NCBI RefSeq assembly: GCF_014280175.1
Contig: NZ_CP047931.1
Location: 510,001 to 542,000, forward strand
From: Synechococcus sp. A15-28
GTDB lineage: Bacteria > Cyanobacteriota > Cyanobacteriia > PCC-6307 > Cyanobiaceae
Reading direction: 5' to 3'
DNA length: 32,000 bases
Shown: piece after piece, positions 8,754 to 16,986 of the stretch
Numbering within the stretch: the first letter of the stretch is position 1
Layout: each line of letters begins with the position of its first letter
Notes under the pieces: model-generated
Database searches by the model: none
Told to the model about the DNA's origin: nothing
Seen by the model: the letters and a program-made list of their open reading frames with translations, nothing else
Made by a program: the position numbers and the translations under genes

Positions 8754-10874
8754 TTAAAACGTCAGATCTGATGCAACGTCCCGGGCGAGCAGCAGCACCA
8801 GGCTGCGGCTCGCCAGCGGGATGTCCACACCGTCGACCGGCACCGCTTGTGCCGGCAGGTCCTCTCCGGCGGGCAGGGAGGTGTCGATCACCTGCATCCA
8901 GGGGGAGGCCGGCACCGGCAGTTCGAAATTGAGCGGTTCGTTGTAGGCGTTGAAGCCCATCCACAACAGGGCGCCGCGGCTGCCCATGTGCAGGCTGGTG
9001 GCCGTGGTGCGGCTCCAGGCCGCCCAGTCGGGTTTGCTCAGCTCCACGCCGTGCCATTGCCGCCACAGGCCGCTGGGGGGCTGCAGTTGCTTGCGGTTGG
9101 GCTCCACCGGTGGCACCAGGGGGTTGAACAGTTGCGGCAGGGCCTGACGCAATTTCAGCAAGCGCTGCAGGAAGCACTTCAGGTCCAGATCGCAGTGGTC
9201 GTCGTTCCACACCATCCAGCTGAGGGGGCTGTCCTGGCACCAGCTGTTGTTGTTGCCCCCCTGGCTGCGGCCCACCTCATCGCCCATCAGCAGCATTGGC
9301 ACGCCGCGAGCCAGCAGCAGGGTGCTCAGCAGATTGCGCTGCTGACGCCTGCGCAGGGCCAGCATCTGTGGATCGGTCGTCGGACCCTCCACGCCATGGT
9401 TCCAGCTGTTGTTGTGGTTTTCACCGTCGCGGTTGTCTTCGCCGTTGGCCAGGTTGTGTTTGCGGTTGTAGGCCACCAGGTCCGCCAGGGTGAAACCGTC
9501 GTGTGCGGTGATCAGGTTCACCGAGCGGCCCAGGTCCACCGGCTTGTCGTTGTACAGATCCGGACTGCCCTTGAACCGTTGGGCCAGGCTCCAGGTGCTG
9601 TGCTCGTCGCCCTTCCAGAAGCGGCGCAATCCATCGCGGAAGTGGCCGTTCCAGGTGCCGATCCGCTGGGCCGGAAAGTCTTCCAGCCGGTAGAGGCCGC
9701 CGCAATCCCAGGGCTCGCTCACCAGCTTGAGATCGCTGAGTTCCGGATCGGCTTCGATCGCTTGAAACAGTGGCGGATCATCCAGTGGCTTGAGCTGGTT
9801 GCCGCGGCTGAGGGCGATGCCGAGATCAAAGCGGAAGCCATCCACCCCCAGCTCCAGCGCCCAGCAGCGCATCGATTCCAGGATCAGCTGGGTGCTCAGC
9901 GGTTGGCTGGCGGCGATGGAGTTGCCGCAGCCACTCACATCCAGATAGTCGCCACTGCTGCTCTGGTGGTAGTAAGTGCGATCGGCGAAGCCACGCCAAC
10001 TCAGGGTCGGCCCCAGCCGGGTGCCCTCAGTGGTGTGGTTGTACACCACATCCAGCAACACCTCGATCTCGGCGTCATGGCAGGCCGCCACCAGCTGGCG
10101 CACCTGATGGCGCAGCTGCAGTGGATCGTCTCCACAGCCGTAACCATGGTGGGGCGTAAACCAGCTCAAAGGGCTGTAGCCCCAAACGTTGTCGCGGCCT
10201 AGTGGCGCATCGGCAGGGTCGAAGCAGAACACCGGCAGCAGTTCGATCGCCGTGATGCCGAGGTCCTTGAGGTAGGGCAGTTTGTCGATCAGCCCCAGGT
10301 AGGTGCCCCGCTGATCCGCGGCGACGCCGGAATCTTCGCGGCGGGTGAAGCCGCCCACGTGCATTTCGTAGATCACCGAGCGCTGCCAGCTGTGGCGGGG
10401 CCGGGGATGGTTCTGGAAATCGAAGCGATCCCGTTCGGTCACCACCGCCTTCAGGCAGGCGTGGGCGTTCGGGGTTGGGCCGGTGGCCAGCACCCGGTCG
10501 TAGACGTCCCAGCCGCTGATGGCACGGGCTGCCGGATCCAGCAGCACCTTGGCGGGCTGGAAGCCGTGCCCCCCCGACGCCAGAGGCCCGAACACCCGGT
10601 AGCCGTAGCAGCAGCCCTCGCCAACCCCCTCCAGCTCCACATGCCAGTAATCGCCGGAGCGGTGGCGGCGGGCATCCAGTTCAATCACCCGCTGAGGTGT
10701 CGGCGCCGTCGCCGTCTCGAAGATCAGCAGCTCGATCCGGTCCGCCGCCGGTGCCGCCACCGAGAAATTCACGCCCCGCGGAGTGATGCTGCTGCCGAGG
10801 GGCCAGGGCGTGCCCGGATGGATGCCGCTCAAGGCCTTGAGGCATGGCACGTTCAAACTAGTGGTTTGGTCCAA
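8754..10874 (-). CDS. glgX: Glycogen debranching enzyme GlgX (GH13 isoamylase type)
   Basis: GH13 conserved regions DVVYNHT, GFRFDLG, SEPWD and ITAHDGFTL. The 10874 start is TTG and there is no in-frame ATG near the N-terminus. GTG 10850 or TTG 10832 (MSGIHPGTPWPLG...) may be the true start. Confidence 0.92.
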   Translation of the reverse strand: MDQTTSLNVPCLKALSGIHPGTPWPLGSSITPRGVNFSVAAPAADRIELLIFETATAPTPQRVIELDARRHRSGDYWHVELEGVGEGCCYGYRVFGPLASGGHGFQPAKVLLDPAARAISGWDVYDRVLATGPTPNAHACLKAVVTERDRFDFQNHPRPRHSWQRSVIYEMHVGGFTRREDSGVAADQRGTYLGLIDKLPYLKDLGITAIELLPVFCFDPADAPLGRDNVWGYSPLSWFTPHHGYGCGDDPLQLRHQVRQLVAACHDAEIEVLLDVVYNHTTEGTRLGPTLSWRGFADRTYYHQSSSGDYLDVSGCGNSIAASQPLSTQLILESMRCWALELGVDGFRFDLGIALSRGNQLKPLDDPPLFQAIEADPELSDLKLVSEPWDCGGLYRLEDFPAQRIGTWNGHFRDGLRRFWKGDEHSTWSLAQRFKGSPDLYNDKPVDLGRSVNLITAHDGFTLADLVAYNRKHNLANGEDNRDGENHNNSWNHGVEGPTTDPQMLALRRRQQRNLLSTLLLARGVPMLLMGDEVGRSQGGNNNSWCQDSPLSWMVWNDDHCDLDLKCFLQRLLKLRQALPQLFNPLVPPVEPNRKQLQPPSGLWRQWHGVELSKPDWAAWSRTTATSLHMGSRGALLWMGFNAYNEPLNFELPVPASPWMQVIDTSLPAGEDLPAQAVPVDGVDIPLASRSLVLLLARDVASDLTF

Positions 10875-10885
10875 AGCTGAACGTC

Positions 10886-11530
10886 ATGACGATGACCACG
10901 GCCTTGGAGCCCGGTCGGCCTCCTCAGCAGCTGCGGAACGATCTCTGGCTGTTCCCCCCCAACCGCGACTGCCAGGGGGGCAGTGCCTGGTGGCTGGCGG
11001 CGGAGCCGGAGCCGGTGCTGATCGATTGCCCCCCACTCACCGAAGCAACCCTGACGGCCCTGCGTGACCTGGCGGGGGACCGCACTCCGCGCATCCTGCT
11101 CACCAGCCGGGAGGGGCATGGTCGCCTGCGGCGCGTCCAGGAACGTTTCGGCTGGCCGGTGCTGGTGCAGGAGCAGGAGGCTTATCTGCTGCCCAATGTG
11201 GAGCCCCTCGACACGTTCGCTGAGGAGCACGTCACCAGCAGTGGCCTTCGCTTGCTCTGGACCACCGGTCCAACTCCCGGCAGTTGTGTGGTGTACGCCC
11301 CCGTCGCCGATCTGTTGTTCTGCGGTCGTTTGCTGACGCCGTTAAGCCCAGGTCGCCTGGGACCGTTGCGCCATGGCCGCACATTTCACTGGCCACACCA
11401 ACTCGAAAGTCTGCGGCGGCTGCGCGACTGGCTTCCTTCAGAAGTCAGTCCCCAACTGGCATCTGGGGCAGGCCTCGGGGCACTGAGAGGGGAGCGGTTG
11501 GTGCCCTTCAGCGGCTGGTGTGAGGCTTAG
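10886..11530 (+). CDS. Metallo-beta-lactamase-fold protein with degenerate metal-binding motifs
   Basis: Overall MBL-fold pattern (LWLFPP..GGSAWWL...VLIDCPP...ILLTSREGHG...TTGPTPGSCVVY...LLFCGRLL). The canonical HxHxDH is replaced by SREGH and the later GD by GR. ATG at 10886. Confidence 0.6.
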   Translation: MTMTTALEPGRPPQQLRNDLWLFPPNRDCQGGSAWWLAAEPEPVLIDCPPLTEATLTALRDLAGDRTPRILLTSREGHGRLRRVQERFGWPVLVQEQEAYLLPNVEPLDTFAEEHVTSSGLRLLWTTGPTPGSCVVYAPVADLLFCGRLLTPLSPGRLGPLRHGRTFHWPHQLESLRRLRDWLPSEVSPQLASGAGLGALRGERLVPFSGWCEA

Positions 11531-11673
11531 TAACCCAGCTAAAGCATTGCGGCACGGGACTTGTCGCTTGCAGGCCCCGGTCAGCCTCCATACGATTGGC
11601 GCGCTTGGGGAAGGCAGCGGCGGGACCGAACGCCGTTTCAGCGCCGTCTCCGCCTCCCGACTCTCCCTCTCCA

Positions 11674-11949
11674 ATGAACAAAGCTGACCTGGTTAATCTG
11701 GTGGCTGCTCGCACCGAGCTCACCAAGACCGACGTCTCGATGGTTGTCGACGCCGCGATCGAAACCATCATCGATTCCGTTGTCGAAGGCAAAAAGGTGT
11801 CGATCCTCGGTTTCGGCTCCTTCGAGCCCCGCGAGCGTTCCGCCCGTCAGGGTCTGAACCCCAAGACCGGCGAAAAGATCGCCATCCCCGCCAAGCGCGT
11901 GCCCGCCTTCACCGCCGGCAAGATGTTCAAGGACCGCGTTCAGGGCTGA
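11674..11949 (+). CDS. hup: HU family DNA-binding protein
   Basis: MNKADLVNLVAARTELTKTDVSMVVDAAIETI...GFGSFEPRERSARQGLNPKTGEKIAIPAKRVPAFTAGKMFKD is an unmistakable HU/IHF fold. I chose the ATG at 11674; the ORF-track start at 11596 adds a non-homologous extension. Confidence 0.93.
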   Translation: MNKADLVNLVAARTELTKTDVSMVVDAAIETIIDSVVEGKKVSILGFGSFEPRERSARQGLNPKTGEKIAIPAKRVPAFTAGKMFKDRVQG

Positions 11950-11970
11950 TCCAACACGATTGTCTGATCG

Positions 11971-12000
11971 AATAGGCGGTCCAGGGGGCCGCCTATTTTG
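11971..12000 (+). terminator. Rho-independent terminator after hup
   Basis: AATAGGCGG (11971..11979) pairs with CCGCCTATT (11990..11998), and the stem runs into TTTTG. Confidence 0.6.
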
Positions 12001-12882
12001 ATGCCTGTTCCCGATCACCTGCTGATGGGTCTGGAGCAGGGCCAGCGCTGGCGGGCCGAAGGCCGATACCGCGGTCGCTACGCCCCCTCCCCTACCGGTG
12101 TGCTGCATCTCGGCAATCTGCAGACAGCCCTGTTGTCCTGGCTGCAGGCGCGCCAGGCCGGCGGACTCTGGCTGTTGCGCATCGATGACCTAGACACCCC
12201 CCGCAACCGGCCCGGTGCCGTTGAAGCGATCCAGGCCGACCTGCGCTGGCTCGGTCTCGACTGGGACGGGGAGCCGATGCTCCAGAGCTCCCGCCGCGGG
12301 CTGTACTCCTCCTGGCTCTCCTGGTTACGCCGCAGCGCTCTTCTGTTCCCCTGCCGTTGCTCACGGCGGGAGCTGGCCGGATTGGCCCGCTACCCCGGCA
12401 CCTGTCGCGAGGGCAGCGGCGGCTGGGGTTGGCGCGATCGCCGGCTGCCCAGCTGGCGGTTGCGGGTGCCCAGCGACGATCCGGACCGCAGCGGGGATGT
12501 GGTGGTGCGCCGGGCCGATGGGTTCATTGCCTATCAGCTGGCCACCGTGATCGATGAACTGGTCCTCGGCATCAGCGATGTGGTGCGCGGGGAAGACCTT
12601 CGAGAGGCTCTGCCCGCCCAGCGCAGCCTGTACAGGGCCCTGCAACAGCCGCCACCACGCTTTCACCACGGCCCCTTGCGTTGTGATGCCGCAGGACGAA
12701 AGCTGTCGAAACGTGAAGCCAGTGCGGGGTTGAACAGCCTGCGAGAGCAGGGGCTGGACGCCGCGGCTGTGATCGGTCTGCTGGCCTCCGATCTCGGGTC
12801 TGTCCCGTCGGGAACCCGCCTGTCAGCCCAGGAGCTGCTGGAGCACTTGACTCAGAAAGGGATCCATGTTAGTCATTCTTAA
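12001..12882 (+). CDS. gluQ: tRNA glutamyl-Q(34) synthetase (GluQRS)
   Basis: A truncated GluRS-like catalytic domain: RYAPSPTGVLHLGNLQTALLSW and LRIDDLD. A Zn-type Cys cluster is present (CRCSRRE...YPGTCR). There is no anticodon-binding domain. ATG at 12001; the TTG at 11998 is one codon upstream. Confidence 0.88.
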   Translation: MPVPDHLLMGLEQGQRWRAEGRYRGRYAPSPTGVLHLGNLQTALLSWLQARQAGGLWLLRIDDLDTPRNRPGAVEAIQADLRWLGLDWDGEPMLQSSRRGLYSSWLSWLRRSALLFPCRCSRRELAGLARYPGTCREGSGGWGWRDRRLPSWRLRVPSDDPDRSGDVVVRRADGFIAYQLATVIDELVLGISDVVRGEDLREALPAQRSLYRALQQPPPRFHHGPLRCDAAGRKLSKREASAGLNSLREQGLDAAAVIGLLASDLGSVPSGTRLSAQELLEHLTQKGIHVSHS

Positions 12883-12948
12883 GGAAGGCTTCGGGATCGA
12901 TTGGGCCGATTGGTAGCACACTGATTTCATCGATTCAGCGCACCGGTC

Positions 12949-13137
12949 ATGAGCACCTGCACCATCTGTGGAGGCAGCGGCATCCAACGCGTCTCCGGCC
13001 AGCATTACCGCACCTGCCTGACCTGCCTTGGGCAAGGCCAGCTCAGCGCCGCAATCCAAGCAGCACCCATGAATCAGTTGTCCACTTCGGATCTGACCGT
13101 GGCCCAGCTGAATGGCTTGATCCGTCAGCAGTCCTGA
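12949..13137 (+). CDS. Mini-protein with two DnaJ-type zinc-finger repeats (CxxCxGxG)
   Basis: MSTCTICGGSGIQ...RTCLTCLGQGQ contains CTICGGSG and CLTCLGQG. 62 aa, ATG start, reasonable codon usage. Confidence 0.5.
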   Translation: MSTCTICGGSGIQRVSGQHYRTCLTCLGQGQLSAAIQAAPMNQLSTSDLTVAQLNGLIRQQS

Positions 13138-13150
13138 TCAACGCCCCAGC

Positions 13151-13336
13151 TCAGCCCAGTGGAGCCTTTTCCTTGTTGCGCAGGACGAAAAGGGTGGCGG
13201 TGCCAACAACCACCAGCAATGGCACAGCGGTGAACAGCAGCAGAGCAATCGCGGTCCAGTCGGTGTACACGGCTGAGCTCGGGAACAAAGTTGAGTCATC
13301 ATCACAGCAAACCGTCTCCAGGTTTCGTGATGGCAC
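13151..13336 (-). CDS. Possible small single-pass membrane protein
   Basis: The C-terminal half WTAIALLLFTAVPLLVVVGTATLFVLRNKEK looks like a TM anchor with a positive-inside tail. The start is GTG, with TTG/GTG alternatives downstream. No homology recognised. Confidence 0.3.
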   Translation of the reverse strand: MPSRNLETVCCDDDSTLFPSSAVYTDWTAIALLLFTAVPLLVVVGTATLFVLRNKEKAPLG

Positions 13337-13644
13337 GACCCGTCACAGTCATGGCCCTTGTCCTGACCCTCAGCACTACTGAAGGTGCCCAGGCGGCTGG
13401 GTTGGCCGCTGTTCAAGGTGATGCTCGACTGTGCTTGCAGGCCGGATCTTCATCCGCCTGCGAGCGCGCTCTGGATCGGGCTGAACAGCTTCAGCGCCGG
13501 GCGGCGGACCTGGAGGCCTACCCCTGTCAGACCCTGCTGCTGGCCCTCCAGGCTGATGTGATCCTGCAACAGCTGGGCCAGGGGCGTGGTGAGCAAGCCC
13601 TGGCCGATCTCGATGCTGCCGTTCGTGGTTGTGCCGGGTTGTGA
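13330..13644 (+). CDS. Hypothetical secreted Cys-containing small protein
   Basis: From ATG 13330: MARPVTVMALVLTLSTTEGAQA is a signal-peptide-like N-terminus. The mature part has 4 Cys and is helical and Ala/Leu/Gln-rich. No family recognised. Confidence 0.45.
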   Translation: MARPVTVMALVLTLSTTEGAQAAGLAAVQGDARLCLQAGSSSACERALDRAEQLQRRAADLEAYPCQTLLLALQADVILQQLGQGRGEQALADLDAAVRGCAGL

Positions 13645-13662
13645 GCACATTGATCTTGATGC

Positions 13663-14391
13663 TCAGCCTCGTCGCTCCCGGTGCATCCAGCTGATCCAGT
13701 CCGCAGAGATCTCCTGTGGGCAGACCGCTTCGCATTCGAGGTTGCTGCTGCAGCTGCCGAAGCCTTCAGCCCGCATCTGATCCTGCATGGCCCGGGCCCT
13801 TGAGGCGCGCTCCGGCTGGCCCTGGGGCAGTTGACCGAGGTGCGCCAATTTGGCGGCGACAAACAAACTGGCAGAGGCATTCCTGCAGCTGGCCACGCAG
13901 GCACCGCAGCCGATGCAGGTGGCCGTGCTGAGGGCACTGGTGGCCTGGTCGCGGCCCACCGGCATGGCATTCCCATCCGGCGCTTGACCCGTGCCGGTGG
14001 AGCAATAGCCCCCCGCGGCGATCAGCCGGTCCAAGGCTGAGCGGTCCACCATCAGATCCTGGATGGCCGGAAAGGCCTTGGCGCGCCAGGGCTCCAGGGT
14101 CAATTCGGCGCCGTCCTCGAATTCCCGCAGATAGAGCTGACACACCGACGTGGCGGCTTTGGGGCCGTGGGCCTGGCCGTTCACCAGAAAGCCGCAGCTA
14201 CCGCAGATGCCTTCCCGGCAATCGTGCTCAAAACTCACCGGCCGCTCCCCCTCACTGATCAATTGCTCGTTCAGCTGATCGAGGGCCTCCAGCAGTGACA
14301 CATCCGGCGACACATCCGCCAGACCGTGGCGTTCGTAGCGGCCGGGTTGGTTTGCAGCGGGCTGACGCCAGATGCGCAGGGTGAGTTTCAT
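13663..14391 (-). CDS. sdhB: Succinate dehydrogenase/fumarate reductase iron-sulfur subunit
   Basis: Cys clusters [10 protein letters not shown] (2Fe-2S), [11 protein letters not shown] and CEAVCP (4Fe-4S/3Fe-4S). ATG overlaps the sdhA stop (ATGA, 14388..14391). Confidence 0.93.
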   Translation of the reverse strand: MKLTLRIWRQPAANQPGRYERHGLADVSPDVSLLEALDQLNEQLISEGERPVSFEHDCREGICGSCGFLVNGQAHGPKAATSVCQLYLREFEDGAELTLEPWRAKAFPAIQDLMVDRSALDRLIAAGGYCSTGTGQAPDGNAMPVGRDQATSALSTATCIGCGACVASCRNASASLFVAAKLAHLGQLPQGQPERASRARAMQDQMRAEGFGSCSSNLECEAVCPQEISADWISWMHRERRG

Positions 14392-16304
14392 TTGTAACTC
14401 CTGGTGCTGGGTTGCAGCGAGGTGAACTGCAGCGCTTCGCTGTGGCGGATCGGCTCGGCACCATCCTGGTGTTCCCAGGCGGCGATGTGGGCGAAGTTGG
14501 CGTCATCACGGCGGGCTTCTCCCTCCGGGCTCTGGTGCTCCTCGCGGAAGTGGGCCCCGCAGGACTCCTCCCGCGCCAAGGCATCCCGCAGCATCAGCTG
14601 CGCCAACCCGAAGAAATCACCCACCCGCAGCGCCTTCTCCAGTTCGGCGTTGGGTCCCTGGCTCTCTCCGGGCACCCGCACCTCAGCCTGGAAGCGCTGT
14701 TCCAACGCGTTCACCTGGGCGATGCCCTCCCGCAGGCCATCGGCTTTGCGGCTGATGCCGCAGCGGTCGATCATCACCGCACCCAGTTCCCGGTGGAAGC
14801 TGTCCACAGGGGTTGTCCCGTCAATGGCCAACATGGCCTCGATGCGGAGGCGGGTGCTCTCCAGGGCATCGCGGCAGGCGGGGTGATCCGGCCTCACCTC
14901 CGGGGCAGGGTGGCCCGCCAGCCAGGCCGTGACCGTGGACGGCGCAATGAAGTAGCCATCGGCGAGGCCTTGCATCAGGGCGCTCGCCCCCAGGCGGTTG
15001 GCGCCGTGTTCGGAGTAGTTCGCCTCCCCCAGCACGAACAAGCCGGGGATGGAGCTCATCAACTGATAATCCACCCACAGGCCACCCATCGTGTAGTGGG
15101 GGGCGGGGTAGATCCGCATCGGTTTGCGGTAAGGATCATCACCGCTGATCCGCTCGTACATCGTCATCAAGTTGCCGTAGCGGGCAGCGATGGCGTCGCG
15201 GCCCTCAGCCTTGATCGCATCCGTCAGATCCAGATAGACCGATCGACCTCCGGGGCCTACGCCCCGACCCGCATTGCACAGTTCCCGCGCCCGGCGTGAG
15301 GCCACGTCCCGAGGGGCCATGTTGCCGTAACTGGGATAAAGCCGCTCCAGGAAATAGTCGCGTTCCTGCTCCGGGATCTCCTCGGCGGAGCGGGGGTCCC
15401 CCGCGTTCACCGGCAGCCAGATCCGGCCGTCGTTGCGCAGGCTTTCGCTCATCAGCGTCAGCTTGCTCTGGAAGGCATCACCACTGGGAATGCAGGTGGG
15501 GTGAATCTGGGTGAAGCAGGGGTTGGCGAACAGGGCGCCCTTGCGGTGGGCTCGCCAGATGGCGCTGGCGTTGGATTTCAGCGCGTTCGTCGAGAGGAAG
15601 TAGACATTGCTGTAACCCCCGCTGCAGAGCAGCACCGTGCGTGCCGTGTGCACCTCCAGCTCACCGCTGAGCAGGTGGCGGGCCACCACGCCCCGTGCCA
15701 CGCCATCGACGGTGATCAGCTCGAGCACATCACGGCGGGTGAGCAGTCGCACCCGGCCAAGCTCCACCTGGCGCATCAACGCCTGATAGGCGCCGTACAG
15801 CAACTGCTGACCGGTCTGGCCGCGGGCGTAGAAGGTGCGGCTCACCAGGGCGCCGCCGAAGCTGCGGGTGGCCAGGCTGCCGCCGTACTCCCGCGCGAAC
15901 GGCACCCCCTGGGCGACGCACTGGTCGATGATGGAGCTGCTGATCTCCGCCAGCCGCTGGCAGCCGCTCTCCCGAGCGCGGAAATCTCCCCCTTTCAGGG
16001 TGTCGGTGAACAGGCGACTGATGCTGTCGCCGTCCACGGCGACGGATCGTGCCGCATTGATCCCGCCCTGGGCCGCCACCGAATGGGCTCGGCGGGGGCT
16101 GTCGTGAAAGCTCAGCACCGTCACCCGGTAGCCCTGCTGCGCCAGGGTCGCTGCGGCGGAGGCCCCTGCCAGGCCGGTGCCCACCACAAGCACGTCGATC
16201 TGGCCCTTGCGCAGGGGGCTGATCAGGGGGAGTCCCTCCTTGGTGCGCTGCCAGGCATCGCTGATCGGACCGGCAGGAATCCTTGGGTCGGGCAGGCCGC
16301 TCAT
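14388..16304 (-). CDS. sdhA: Succinate dehydrogenase/fumarate reductase flavoprotein subunit
   Basis: The FAD fold is [14 protein letters not shown], the covalent-FAD His context is [15 protein letters not shown], and HYTMGG is present. True start taken as ATG 16304 ([12 protein letters not shown]...). The 796-aa ORF-track version runs back through sdhC and is rejected. Confidence 0.93.
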   Translation of the reverse strand: MSGLPDPRIPAGPISDAWQRTKEGLPLISPLRKGQIDVLVVGTGLAGASAAATLAQQGYRVTVLSFHDSPRRAHSVAAQGGINAARSVAVDGDSISRLFTDTLKGGDFRARESGCQRLAEISSSIIDQCVAQGVPFAREYGGSLATRSFGGALVSRTFYARGQTGQQLLYGAYQALMRQVELGRVRLLTRRDVLELITVDGVARGVVARHLLSGELEVHTARTVLLCSGGYSNVYFLSTNALKSNASAIWRAHRKGALFANPCFTQIHPTCIPSGDAFQSKLTLMSESLRNDGRIWLPVNAGDPRSAEEIPEQERDYFLERLYPSYGNMAPRDVASRRARELCNAGRGVGPGGRSVYLDLTDAIKAEGRDAIAARYGNLMTMYERISGDDPYRKPMRIYPAPHYTMGGLWVDYQLMSSIPGLFVLGEANYSEHGANRLGASALMQGLADGYFIAPSTVTAWLAGHPAPEVRPDHPACRDALESTRLRIEAMLAIDGTTPVDSFHRELGAVMIDRCGISRKADGLREGIAQVNALEQRFQAEVRVPGESQGPNAELEKALRVGDFFGLAQLMLRDALAREESCGAHFREEHQSPEGEARRDDANFAHIAAWEHQDGAEPIRHSEALQFTSLQPSTRSYK

Positions 16305-16981
16305 GCGACACCTCCCAGCGCCAGCACCAGGGTGACGGTCAGGAAGCCGCCGCCGACCAGGGCGGCCATAAGGCCCCCCCCCGTGCGCAGGGCGCCGCTG
16401 TTGTGCGGTGTCAACCAGCCCAGGCTGCGGTGGGCGGCCTCCGCGCCGTGGAGCAGATGGAGGGCCAGGGCCAAAGCTGCACCTGCGTAGAGGGCTGCGT
16501 TCCAGGGTTGTTGCAGCACCTGGATCAATGTGGCGGCTTCCTCTCCAGCTGCAGGGCGGGGCCAGCGCAATTGCTGCAGGTGCAGGATCAGAAATCCAAG
16601 GGTCACCAGACCGGCTGCTGTCGCGCTGCGGCTGGCCAGGGACGCCAGGGGGGATTGGCGACGACTGCGCAGCGTTGCGGTGTTGCCGGCTCTGCGGTTG
16701 GCCATGGCCTTGCTGAGGGTGAGGCTGATGTGAATCACGGCCAGCAGCAGCAGGCCGAACTCCACCAGCGGCAGCCATGGGCTGCTGTGCAGCGCTGTGG
16801 CATAGACCTCGAATTGCTCAGGCGCCAGCACCGCTGGCAGCAGGCCGATCAGATGCACCAGCACAAAAAGCACCAGCAGCAATCCCGTGAGGGCGGCACC
16901 CGAGCGAATCCACGCTGAAGGGATGGTGACCAAGGCAGCCTCAGCACGACAGCTGAAGTCCATGTTCCCTGATCGCAGCAT
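16301..16981 (-). CDS. sdhC: Succinate dehydrogenase cytochrome b subunit (b558-type, 5-TM anchor)
   Basis: Hydrophobic ~220-aa protein with conserved His in TM helices (VLVHLIG, AVIHISL, ILHLQQ, ALHLLHG). Stop overlaps the sdhA ATG (ATGA, 16301..16304). Start is ATG 16981 or ATG 16963; the ORF-track start at 17206 is rejected. Confidence 0.72.
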   Translation of the reverse strand: MLRSGNMDFSCRAEAALVTIPSAWIRSGAALTGLLLVLFVLVHLIGLLPAVLAPEQFEVYATALHSSPWLPLVEFGLLLLAVIHISLTLSKAMANRRAGNTATLRSRRQSPLASLASRSATAAGLVTLGFLILHLQQLRWPRPAAGEEAATLIQVLQQPWNAALYAGAALALALHLLHGAEAAHRSLGWLTPHNSGALRTGGGLMAALVGGGFLTVTLVLALGGVA

Positions 16982-16986
16982 CCGTT

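Noticed and set aside
8587-9240. 217-aa minus-strand ORF running across tRNA-Gly and into glgX.
   Set aside because: It overlaps a well-folded tRNA and the out-of-frame 3' end of glgX, and its composition is Pro/Ala/Gly/Arg-rich shadow type.
12434-12441. GCGATCGC (HIP1-like octamer). Other copies occur near 7058, 18948 and 27447.
   Set aside because: There are only a handful of copies in 32 kb, all inside coding regions. That is not clearly beyond expectation for this composition, so there is no evidence of HIP1-type enrichment.
13138-13416. 92-aa minus-strand ORF overlapping the 61-aa ORF and the start of the 13330..13644 gene.
   Set aside because: The translation is Cys/Pro/Trp/His-rich with no structure-like pattern, and it conflicts with two better candidates.
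16305-16778. N-terminal 158-aa extension of the sdhA ORF (796-aa version in the ORF track).
   Set aside because: The extension is Pro/Arg/Gly-rich and runs through sdhC in another frame. The ATG at 16304, followed by the FAD-binding fold and an ATGA overlap with sdhC, is the coherent start.
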